This document shows positions 17,812 to 25,947 of a stretch of 32,000 bases of DNA, in pieces. Each line of letters opens with the position of its first letter. The stretch's first letter is position 1. The notes beneath the pieces are model-generated. The model saw nothing but the letters and a program-made list of their open reading frames with translations. It was not told the origin of the DNA and searched no databases. The stretch spans positions 4,830,001-4,862,000 of the forward strand of contig NZ_LN831039.1 of NCBI RefSeq assembly GCF_001457595.1, in the 5' to 3' direction. A program made the position numbers and the translations under genes. This DNA comes from Mycolicibacterium smegmatis. GTDB lineage: Bacteria; Actinomycetota; Actinomycetes; Mycobacteriales; Mycobacteriaceae.

Positions 17812-18884
17812 GACGCGTGTGGTCCGAGTTCGGCTCGCAAGACGTCGTACTGGGTGTCGAGTCGCGCGCGCAGCACGTCCACGGCCGCGCGGGTCTTCTC
17901 CCGGATCGCCGCGGCATCGTCCAGCGTCGCCAAAACCCGCTCCACCACGGCAGACACACTCAACGCATCGGTACGCAACAACGACCGCTCATCATCGATC
18001 GACAACGCGAAATCACGGCACTTGGGCTGATACTCCAACGAGATCACCGGCGTCTGCGACAACGCCGCCAAAATCCCCGCATGCAAACGGCTCACGATCA
18101 CCGCCGAACAACCAGCAAGCTCCGCAGCCGCCCCCGCCGCATCGACCGGCGCCACGATCCGAGCCCCCGTACCCGCCAACGCCTGCTCGGTCCACCGACG
18201 ATCCGCACCGTTCATCAAGATCCCCACAAACCGGAACCCACGCGCCGAAAGCTCCCGCACCGCCCCAGAAATCACATCAGCCACACCAGCGGGGTCGTGG
18301 CCCCACAGGTCGTCGTCGCCGAACCCGAGGTTCAACCCGATCACACCGTCCTGCGGCACCACCTGCGGACGATCCAACAACAACGCCGGATCACCGGCCA
18401 CCGTCACCTCAAGACCCGCATCCGCCAGCAACTGCGCACTCCGCGGCCCCCGCACCGAGACCACCCGAAACCGCGACAACAACGGAATCCAGCGCCGCAA
18501 CTCATCAGGCCCCGACGCATTCTGCGTTCGCGGGTACGCCGGGTCCTCGACCCCTGCGCCGATGGCGTAACTGCCGCGCGTTGCGGTCAGCTTCAGGCCG
18601 CGGGCCACGAGCGGACGGAAATAGCGTGTGCCCAAGAGGGTTCCGCCGCCGATCACCTGCGCGCTGCGCCGCAACAAGCGGTTACGACCCGACACCACCG
18701 CACGCAACCGCTCCCCCGGCAACACCGGAAGATCCACAAACCCCGCGCCCGGCAACTGCGCACACACCGCGTCATAAATCGCGTCATCACCCAGATTGCC
18801 CCGACCATGCCACCCCAGATAACCCACCAAGGGACGCACAGTGGCGGCGGTCGCACGATTGTCGGTTGCCCGGTTCAGGCTCAT
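17808..18884 (-). CDS. Polysaccharide pyruvyl transferase (copy B)
   Basis: The track ORF extends to 19004. ATG 18884 (MSLNRATDNRATAATVRPLVGYLGW...) gives an N-terminus colinear with copy A. 358 aa. It has the same family motifs as copy A and is nearly identical to it over most of its length. Confidence 0.75.
   Translation of the reverse strand: MSLNRATDNRATAATVRPLVGYLGWHGRGNLGDDAIYDAVCAQLPGAGFVDLPVLPGERLRAVVSGRNRLLRRSAQVIGGGTLLGTRYFRPLVARGLKLTATRGSYAIGAGVEDPAYPRTQNASGPDELRRWIPLLSRFRVVSVRGPRSAQLLADAGLEVTVAGDPALLLDRPQVVPQDGVIGLNLGFGDDDLWGHDPAGVADVISGAVRELSARGFRFVGILMNGADRRWTEQALAGTGARIVAPVDAAGAAAELAGCSAVIVSRLHAGILAALSQTPVISLEYQPKCRDFALSIDDERSLLRTDALSVSAVVERVLATLDDAAAIREKTRAAVDVLRARLDTQYDVLRAELGPHAS
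17855..18845. repeat. Tandem direct repeat, unit 2 (body of pyruvyl transferase copy B)
   Basis: Partner of 16791-17778. The offset is 1064 nt, then 1067 nt after the codon indel. The identical 60-aa antisense ORFs in the track (16949-17131 and 18013-18195) independently show the identity. Confidence 0.95.
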
Positions 18885-19177
18885 GAAAACTCTCTGGCGT
18901 TCGGCTTGAATTGTCATCGAAAAGGTGCGCGCCGTCCGTCGCACTCGCAGATGGGCGGGCCGATGAAGGATCCAACGGTACCCCGCCACGTGGCCTGCGG
19001 CCATCTTCGGTCATACTGGTGGTATCCGGTCGGCCCACGAAAAGACGCGTTTGTCGCGTCGATGCTAGCCTCCCGGAAAACAACAGGTGTGGTGGGCGGC
19101 CCCGATCCGGGTCGCCCCGATTGCGGCGCACCGATTCGACGACGTCGAAATTTCACATGCTCGAGGAGTTTTAGCAA

Positions 19178-19750
19178 ATGTTGAGAGCGCTTGGCGCCCT
19201 GCGTCAGAAGACCGATTACCGGCGATGGGCCGAACCTCGCAACATTTACTCGTCATGGGAGAGCCGCACGCAGCGGGCGGCCGAACTCATTCCGGACGGC
19301 AGCCGGGTCATCGAATTCGGCGCTGCCAAACGGGTGCTGGAACGCCATCTCGACCCGTCGTGCACCTACGTGCCGTCCGACATCGTCGATCGCGGGCCGG
19401 GAACCATCGTCGCCGATCTCAATGACCGCCCGCTACCGGACTTCGCCCCGGGCACCTACGACGTCGCGGTGTTCATGGGGGTTCTCGAATACATCCAGGA
19501 TCTGCCTGCGCTTGTCGACTGGCTCGCCGAACGCTTCCCGAAGTGTGTGGTCTCGTACGCGTGTGCGCGTGATGACGCGCATTCCCTGCGGGCACTGCGG
19601 GAGAAGGCCGTACGCCTGCAGCACGGCTGGATGAACAGCTACACCGGCGATCAGCTGCGGTCGGAGTTCACCGCACGCGGCTACGCGGTCACCCACGAAG
19701 AGAGCTGGGAGAACCAGCAGATGTTCGTGTTCTCACAGCTCCCCCGCTGA
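19178..19750 (+). CDS. Small class I SAM-dependent methyltransferase (atypical motif I)
   Basis: ATG 19178 has GAGGAG (19163-19168) 9 nt upstream. 190 aa. VIEFGAA occupies the motif I position. DVAVFMGVLEYIQD is typical of the post-II/III region of class I methyltransferases. Confidence 0.6.
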   Translation: MLRALGALRQKTDYRRWAEPRNIYSSWESRTQRAAELIPDGSRVIEFGAAKRVLERHLDPSCTYVPSDIVDRGPGTIVADLNDRPLPDFAPGTYDVAVFMGVLEYIQDLPALVDWLAERFPKCVVSYACARDDAHSLRALREKAVRLQHGWMNSYTGDQLRSEFTARGYAVTHEESWENQQMFVFSQLPR

Positions 19751-19757
19751 GCGGTCG

Positions 19758-20438
19758 CTACCGGCACTCGGCAAGTCCGAGTCGGTTGTTGCGGCGGAAC
19801 TCGACCGCACCCACGACGTCGTCCGAACGGCCGATCTCCAGCCATGCCTCGTGCATGCCCTGGCCGTATGTGATGTCGTCGAACAAGACCAGGCCGCCAG
19901 GCGACATCAGCGGCTTCAGGATCTCCCACTGCTGCATGACGAAGTCGTAGGTGTGGATTCCGTCGACGAACGCGATGTCGATGGATCCCGGAACCTCCGT
20001 CACATGTTCCTCAAATGCCCCACGCGTCAACGTGAAACGCTGCGTCAGTTGCGCGATGGACCGCTCGGCGACGGCCGCCCATGAATCGTTGATCTCGAAG
20101 CTGTACAGGTGTCCGGTGCCGTTCGACTCGATGCCCACACCGAAATACATGCCCGACACCCCGAATCCCGACCCGAACTCGACCACGGTCTGGGGCTTCC
20201 GTTGCATGACCAGCCACGCGTAGAGGTCACCCTGGAACGGGGGCGAACTGACGTCGCGCGGAGTGAATTTGGCTTCCGGCATGTCGTATTCGGGCGCGAG
20301 GGCCTGGGGGCCCAGTTGTTCGTGGTTGGCAGCCAGGATGGCTTCTATCCGGTCTTTGTGCGGTGCGGGCGGGAATCGGCTTGGCATATCGGCGATCCAG
20401 CCACCGCGCGTGATCCACTTCAACGAGCGCGTAAACAT
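19758..20438 (-). CDS. Class I SAM-dependent O-methyltransferase (family-3-like)
   Basis: 226 aa. Motif I is VVEFGSGFGVSG. An acidic residue ends beta-2 (YSFE). The IDIAFVDG and LVLFDD blocks are typical of cation-dependent O-MT-like enzymes. There is no SD, but a -10-like TAGACT lies 6 nt upstream of the ATG. Confidence 0.75.
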   Translation of the reverse strand: MFTRSLKWITRGGWIADMPSRFPPAPHKDRIEAILAANHEQLGPQALAPEYDMPEAKFTPRDVSSPPFQGDLYAWLVMQRKPQTVVEFGSGFGVSGMYFGVGIESNGTGHLYSFEINDSWAAVAERSIAQLTQRFTLTRGAFEEHVTEVPGSIDIAFVDGIHTYDFVMQQWEILKPLMSPGGLVLFDDITYGQGMHEAWLEIGRSDDVVGAVEFRRNNRLGLAECR

Positions 20439-20526
20439 TGATGCAGTCTAGCCAGGCACCACGACCCGTTCGCCGGTGCACCGCGGAATTTGCCGGCTCA
20501 TGATCGATCTTGGTTCACAACAACAT

Positions 20527-21774
20527 TCACGCCGGCATCGGGCGCGCCGCCGCCTCGAGGAGGTCGGCCGTCATCCTGACACTGTCCGCCGGCGTCGTCA
20601 TCTCGTCGGCGATCTGCCGTGCCCGAAGCGCGGCCCGCGGCGTCAGCACCGTCTGCAGGCCCGCCAGAAGCGAGTCGGGGGTGACCTTCGAAAACCGTTC
20701 TGCGGTACCGGCTTGCAACCGTTTCACAGCCGCCGCCCAGACCGGCTGGTCCGCGCCGACCCAGAGGATCAGCGTCGGCCTGGCGGCCCGCAGGCCCGCC
20801 GCGGTGGTACCGGCACCACCGTGGTGCACGACCGCGCGGCACAGCGGGAAGATCTTGGCGTGGTTCACCGCGCCGACCACCTTGACGTGATCGCTCTCGG
20901 GTATCGCGTCGAGGTTCCACGCGCCGGAACTGATCAGGGCGCGCTCCCCGAGCCGGGTGCACACAGACGAGATCATCGTCACAGCGTCGGCGGGAGATTG
21001 CACCGGCATGCTGCCGAACCCGAAATAGATCGGCGGCTTTCCACTTGCGGCCCAAGCTGTCACGTCGTCGTCGGTATCGGTGGGAAGTTCCAGCGTCAGC
21101 GCCCCGACAAAAGGACGTGTTCCTCGCCACTCTTGCCGCAGGCCGGGAAAGAACACCTCGTCGTACGCCTGGATCTCCAATGTGCCACTCGAGACGATCC
21201 GGTTCACCGAGCTGGATCTGGCGGGCGCAAGCCCCAATTCACGTCGCTGAGCGTCCTCCGCGCTTTTCAGGATCTGCCAGTAACCCCACTCCGCCACCGC
21301 CCACATCGGCTCGACGATTCGCCCGGGTAGCCGGATCGGAAGAATCTGGCTATTGGCCCGGTGCGGGAAGTAATGCAGCGCTGCCAGCGGAATCTGTTCA
21401 CTCTCGGCGACATTGGCAACGACTTCTTGATACGTGGTGCCGGTCAACAGCACGTCGGCGCCATCGGCCAATGCGGCCACGGTGGCACTCATCTCGGCCC
21501 ATCCGCCCACCATGTATTCCCGGCCCTCGCGGATCGCTTTGACCGGATTGCGGATTTTCCAGAAATCGCGGAACGTGTCGGCATCCAATTGCTGTTGAGA
21601 ATCCACGCCGTAGGATTCCGCAGACAACCCGATACGTTCCACGAACGGAACGAGGTTGGGCGGCACCGCCATCCGCACCTCGTGGCCGCGGCGACAGAGC
21701 TCGGTGGCCACGGTTGCGCTCGGTTCGATGTCGCCACGGGTGCCGTGGATCGCCACTACAAATTTCATCGTCAT
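20527..21774 (-). CDS. GT1-family (MGT/Gtf-like) nucleotide-sugar glycosyltransferase
   Basis: The track ORF runs to 21990, but the conserved N-terminus starts at MTMKFVVAIHGTRGDIEP (ATG 21774, or 21768). The C-terminal donor-binding block is VVHHGGAGTTAAGLRAARP. About 415 aa, typical for mycobacterial Gtf enzymes. Confidence 0.85.
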   Translation of the reverse strand: MTMKFVVAIHGTRGDIEPSATVATELCRRGHEVRMAVPPNLVPFVERIGLSAESYGVDSQQQLDADTFRDFWKIRNPVKAIREGREYMVGGWAEMSATVAALADGADVLLTGTTYQEVVANVAESEQIPLAALHYFPHRANSQILPIRLPGRIVEPMWAVAEWGYWQILKSAEDAQRRELGLAPARSSSVNRIVSSGTLEIQAYDEVFFPGLRQEWRGTRPFVGALTLELPTDTDDDVTAWAASGKPPIYFGFGSMPVQSPADAVTMISSVCTRLGERALISSGAWNLDAIPESDHVKVVGAVNHAKIFPLCRAVVHHGGAGTTAAGLRAARPTLILWVGADQPVWAAAVKRLQAGTAERFSKVTPDSLLAGLQTVLTPRAALRARQIADEMTTPADSVRMTADLLEAAARPMPA

Positions 21775-21903
21775 CCCGGATTGCTCGGCAGGCGTGGGAT
21801 CCCCGAGGTGCCCGCCCGGACAACAGCACGCTATAAGGGACGGGCGCTTCCCACAAACCCCGCAAAACGTTGACGCAGTTGAGAAGGTCGCAATCCGTGT
21901 AGC

Positions 21904-24900
21904 ATGACGGGGATGTTCCGGCGCTTCGTGCCGCGAAATTGGTTGTCGCGGGTAGGATTCTCCGGTCTTGGGAGATTCATAGTTCGCCATCCCCTCGTAG
22001 TCATCGCCTCCTGGTTGGCGGTCGCGGGTGTGTTGCTGGCGGCTGTCCCTTCGCTGCCCGCAGTCGCCGAACGTAATCCCCCCGGCTTTCTGCCCGCCGA
22101 TTCCGAGGTGTTCGCCGCCGGCAATGCCATGCAGGAGGCATTCAACGAAACAGGCGGCGGAAATGTCGCGATCGCCATCCTCAGCAACGAGAACGGGTTG
22201 ACGCCGGCCGACGAGGAAACCTATCGCGCGCTGGTCGACAAGCTACGGGCCGACACCGAATACGTGTTGTCGACACAGGACTTCGTGACCATCCCCGAAC
22301 TGCGTCAGGTGATGACCAGTGAGGACAACAAGGCGTGGCAGTTGCCGATCAGCGCGGCCGGAACCATGGGCACCGCGGAGGGACAGAACGCCTACCGGCA
22401 GATCGTCGACACGGTCAAGTCCTCGACGGCCAACACCTCGCTTTCGGCCGAGGTGATCGGTCCGGCCGCGACGTTCGAAGACGTCGTCAAGATCGGCGAA
22501 CGCGATCAGCACGTCATCGAGATCGCCACCGTGCTGATCGTGCTGATGATCTTGATCATCGTCTACCGCAACCTCGTCGCGATGCTGCTCCCCCTCCTGA
22601 TGATCGGGATGGCCCTCGTGGTGGCCGAGCAGTCCGTGGCCGGTCTGGGTGCGATCCATCTGATCGGTCTGGGCCCGCAGACCCTGATGCTGATGACCGC
22701 CATGATGATGGGCGCGGGCACCGACTACGCCATCTTCCTGTTCAGTCGCTACCACGAGTGCGTACGTTCGGGGCTCAGTTCCGACGACGCCGTCGTCGAG
22801 GCGCTCGACTCGATCGGCAAGGTGATCGCCGGTTCGGCGGGCACGGTCGCCATCACCTTCATGGGGCTGGCGTTCACCGACCTCGGCGTCTTCTCGACGG
22901 TCGGCCCCGCGCTGTCGGTCACCATCGGCTTCGGGTTCGTCGCATCGGTGACCCTGCTGCCCGCGATGGTCGTGCTCGCGGGCCGCCGCGGCTGGGTCAA
23001 ACCCCGCAAGGACCTCACCGGCCGGATCTGGCGGCGCTCCGGCGTACACATCGTGCGCAAGCCCGTCATCCACCTCGTCGCCAGCCTCACCGTGCTGCTC
23101 GCGCTGGCCGGCTGCGCAATGCTGGTGAACTTCAACTACGACGACCGCAAGAACCTGCCCGACGATGCGCACAGCAACATGGGTTACGCGGCGCTCGACA
23201 AGCACTTCCCGGTGAGCAGCACCGTCCAGCAGTTCATCCTGATCCAGTCCCCGCACGATCTGCGCAGCCCCAAGGCACTGGCCGACATGGAGCAGATGGC
23301 CCAGCGCGTGAGCCAACTGCCCGACATCGAGATGGTCCGCGGCGTCACCCGTCCCACGGGCGAGATGCTCCAGGAGGCCAGGGCGACCTGGCAGGCCGGC
23401 GAGGTGGGCGGCAAGCTCAATGACGCGTCCACCCTGATCGACGCCAACGACGCGAACCTCTCCACGTTGAGCGGAGGCGCGCACAAGCTCGCCGATGTCC
23501 TGGGCCAGATCAGCACGCAGGTGACCAACGCGCTCGTGACGGTGCGGCCACTGGCCGGCGCGCTGGCGGACATGGAGACCAAGTACGGCGGCGAGAAGAC
23601 CCTCGACCAGATCGATCAGAGCGCCGAACTGGTGGCCAACATGCGCTCGCTGGGCCGCGCGATGGGCGTCAACCTCGCACGCATCACCGACGTGTACGAC
23701 TGGTCCGCGCCCATGGTGCGCGCCCTCAACGTCAGCCCGGAGTGCAACCTCGACCCGGCGTGCGCGGCGTCGCGGTCGGATCTGCAGCGCATCGTCGAGG
23801 CCAAGGACAACGGAAACCTCGACAAGTTCGCCGAACTCGGACGCCAGCTGGAGTCCACCGAAGGTGACGAGACCCTCGACGAGGCGGTCTCCGGTCTGCA
23901 GCAGAGCATCAAGGAGGCCACGGCGGCCGCTCGGGAACTGGGGCTCGAAGACGCGAGCAGCGTCAAGCGACAGCTCGACCAGTTGGAACAGGGCGTCAAC
24001 CTGCTCGCCGATTCCAGCCATCAGCTCGCACAGGGCGTGCAGCTGCTCGTCGACCAGACCAGGAACATGGGCCAAGGCCTCGACCAGGCCTCACAGTTCC
24101 TGCTCGCGATGAAGCGCGACGCGTCGGATCCGCAGATGTCCGGCTTCTACATCCCGCCACAGATCCTCACCCAAGAGGAATTCAACAAGGCCGCAGCGCT
24201 TTTCGTCTCACCCGACGGCCGCTCGGTCCGGTATCTGGTGCAGACGGCCCTCGACCCGTTCGGCACCGCGGCCATGGACCAGGTCAAGGACATCGTGAAG
24301 ACGGCCGAAAGCGCCCGTCCCAACACGTCTTTGACGGACGCGAAGATCTCACTGGTCGGTTTCTCGTCGATCCAGAACGAGATGCGCAACTACTACGACG
24401 GCGACCTCCGATTCATCATCACCGTCACCCTGATCGTGGTGTTCCTGATCCTCGCCGCGCTGTTGCGGTCGATCATCGCGCCGATCTATCTCGTGTTGTC
24501 CGTGGTCCTTTCGTACATGTCGGCACTGGGCATCGGTGTGGTCTTCTTCCAGTTCATCCTGGGCAAGGAGATCGTCTGGACCGTTCCCGGCATGGCGTTT
24601 CTGGTGCTCGTCGCCGTCGGGGCCGATTACAACCTGCTGTTGATCTCGCGAATACGCGACGAGGCGGCACACGGTATGCGCACGGCCGTGATCCGCACCA
24701 TCGGCGCCACCGGCGGCGTCATCACATCAGCAGGACTCATCTTCGCGGCATCGATGTTCGGCCTGACGTTCAGCAGCCTGCTGGCCGCCGTGCAGATCGG
24801 TTTCATCATCGGCGTCGGCCTGCTGCTGGACACGTTCCTGGTGCGCACCATCACGGTGCCCGCCGCGGCCGTGCTGATCGGCAAGCTCAGTTGGTGGCCG

Positions 24901-24966
24901 ACGAAACCCCCTGCCCCAGAGCCTGCCCCCACCGAACCGACGGTGGCACCCGCAGCCCAGGCGTGA
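21904..24966 (+). CDS. mmpL12: MmpL-family RND glycolipid transporter
   Basis: 1020 aa with 12 TM-like segments in a 1+5 / 1+5 layout. Two MMPL signatures are present, GTDYAIFLFSRYHE and GADYNLLLISRIRDE. The N-terminus GRFIVRHPLVVIASWLAVAGVLL resembles MmpL12 as I recall it. An alternative start is ATG 21913. The symbol is by locus analogy. Confidence 0.93.
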   Translation: MTGMFRRFVPRNWLSRVGFSGLGRFIVRHPLVVIASWLAVAGVLLAAVPSLPAVAERNPPGFLPADSEVFAAGNAMQEAFNETGGGNVAIAILSNENGLTPADEETYRALVDKLRADTEYVLSTQDFVTIPELRQVMTSEDNKAWQLPISAAGTMGTAEGQNAYRQIVDTVKSSTANTSLSAEVIGPAATFEDVVKIGERDQHVIEIATVLIVLMILIIVYRNLVAMLLPLLMIGMALVVAEQSVAGLGAIHLIGLGPQTLMLMTAMMMGAGTDYAIFLFSRYHECVRSGLSSDDAVVEALDSIGKVIAGSAGTVAITFMGLAFTDLGVFSTVGPALSVTIGFGFVASVTLLPAMVVLAGRRGWVKPRKDLTGRIWRRSGVHIVRKPVIHLVASLTVLLALAGCAMLVNFNYDDRKNLPDDAHSNMGYAALDKHFPVSSTVQQFILIQSPHDLRSPKALADMEQMAQRVSQLPDIEMVRGVTRPTGEMLQEARATWQAGEVGGKLNDASTLIDANDANLSTLSGGAHKLADVLGQISTQVTNALVTVRPLAGALADMETKYGGEKTLDQIDQSAELVANMRSLGRAMGVNLARITDVYDWSAPMVRALNVSPECNLDPACAASRSDLQRIVEAKDNGNLDKFAELGRQLESTEGDETLDEAVSGLQQSIKEATAAARELGLEDASSVKRQLDQLEQGVNLLADSSHQLAQGVQLLVDQTRNMGQGLDQASQFLLAMKRDASDPQMSGFYIPPQILTQEEFNKAAALFVSPDGRSVRYLVQTALDPFGTAAMDQVKDIVKTAESARPNTSLTDAKISLVGFSSIQNEMRNYYDGDLRFIITVTLIVVFLILAALLRSIIAPIYLVLSVVLSYMSALGIGVVFFQFILGKEIVWTVPGMAFLVLVAVGADYNLLLISRIRDEAAHGMRTAVIRTIGATGGVITSAGLIFAASMFGLTFSSLLAAVQIGFIIGVGLLLDTFLVRTITVPAAAVLIGKLSWWPTKPPAPEPAPTEPTVAPAAQA

Positions 24967-24969
24967 AAC

Positions 24970-24986
24970 CCGCTGCGCCGCAGCGG
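24970..24986. terminator. Short GC hairpin between the convergent mmpL and SDR genes (possible bidirectional terminator, no U-tract)
   Basis: CCGCTGC (24970-24976), loop GCC, GCAGCGG (24980-24986). It sits in the 33-nt gap between stop codons at 24964-24966 and 25000-25002. Confidence 0.35.
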
Positions 24987-24999
24987 ATCACGTAACGGA

Positions 25000-25776
25000 C
25001 TATTCGGCGGGCTCCCGCCCCTGCCGCCGACGGATACGCGGCGACAGCTGCACCACCTCGGGAACCACGGTCGGATTCTCGAATGCCGTCACGACCAGCG
25101 ACACCAGGGTGTTGGCGACATCGCCGAGCGCCGACATCCGCGCAGGCAGCGCCCCTTGTTCCACCCACAGCTTGAGCAACTGGTCGAGCAGGTCGCGATC
25201 GGCACCACGCAGGATCTCGGTGTCCTCGGTGGGGCCCACACCGACCCGGATGACCGACAACTCCGGATGCTCGCTGCGCCACGAATGCAGGATCTCGTCG
25301 AGGGCGGCCTTGCTCGCGCTGTAGGCGGCCACACCCGCTCGCGGACGGCCCACGTCGTGGCTCGACGCGATGAGCACCACGCCGTTGTCGGCCAGCCTGG
25401 GCACCGCGGCGCGCAGCACGTTGTTGGCGCCCAGCGTGTTGACGTTGAACGCGTGCAGCCAGGAGGCGACGTCGGTGTCTTCGATGTAGGCGAACGGGAT
25501 CACCGTGCTGGTGAACACCACGGCATCGAGACCGCCGAGGGCGTCGGCAGCCTCGTTGACCACCCGCGTGATCGCCGCGGGGTCCTCGACGTCGAGTTCG
25601 AACGCATGTCCCCCGATACTGTCGGCGAGGGTCTTGAGCAATTTGATACGCCGCGCCGCCACCGCGACATCGATGCCACGCTTGGCGGCACTTTCCGCGA
25701 CGGCGTGTCCGATGCCCGACGAGGCACCGACGACGAGGAGACGCAGGCCGGCCGCATCGGGTGGTTGGCTGCTCAT
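25000..25776 (-). CDS. Short-chain dehydrogenase/reductase (SDR)
   Basis: 258 aa. Cofactor motif VVGASSGIGHAVA. Catalytic YSASK. An NNVL-type block is present. Confidence 0.85.
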   Translation of the reverse strand: MSSQPPDAAGLRLLVVGASSGIGHAVAESAAKRGIDVAVAARRIKLLKTLADSIGGHAFELDVEDPAAITRVVNEAADALGGLDAVVFTSTVIPFAYIEDTDVASWLHAFNVNTLGANNVLRAAVPRLADNGVVLIASSHDVGRPRAGVAAYSASKAALDEILHSWRSEHPELSVIRVGVGPTEDTEILRGADRDLLDQLLKLWVEQGALPARMSALGDVANTLVSLVVTAFENPTVVPEVVQLSPRIRRRQGREPAE

Positions 25777-25947
25777 TCTTGTCTACCTACTTCCGTGCTC
25801 GTTACTGAGTGCGTGTTTTAGGTCACCCTTCGTTTCGGAGGACAGTACCGAACGCGATGAGTTCTGGACGCGAGGTGGGTCTGTACAGAGTCCGTGGATG
25901 TCGAAACGGAAGCCGACACGAACCACTTCAGACGCATAGGAGATCCG

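Noticed and set aside
16597-19184. Plus-strand ORFs of 401, 370 and 455 aa antisense to the pyruvyl transferase genes, with striking Pro/Arg/Thr/His-rich repeats.
   Set aside because: The apparent protein repeats are simply the tandem DNA duplication read in a non-coding frame. The composition is non-protein-like, and the minus-strand frames carry family motifs and proper start/stop coupling.
21775-21990. N-terminal extensions of GT1 (to 21990), pyruvyl transferase B (to 19004), GT2 (from 12104), DUF899 (from 25894), SRPBCC (from 26178) and DUF3618 (to 30232).
   Set aside because: In each case the extension overlaps a neighbouring gene or intergenic promoter DNA and lacks an SD. It also precedes the point where the conserved family N-terminus or paralog colinearity begins. 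Shorter starts with an SD or coupling were chosen.
22243-24075. 610-aa minus-strand ORF (and the 362-aa plus-strand out-of-frame ORF 22335-23423) inside mmpL.
   Set aside because: No recognisable domains and a skewed R/G/D/H composition. The mmpL frame is continuous with TM segments and MMPL motifs across the same interval.
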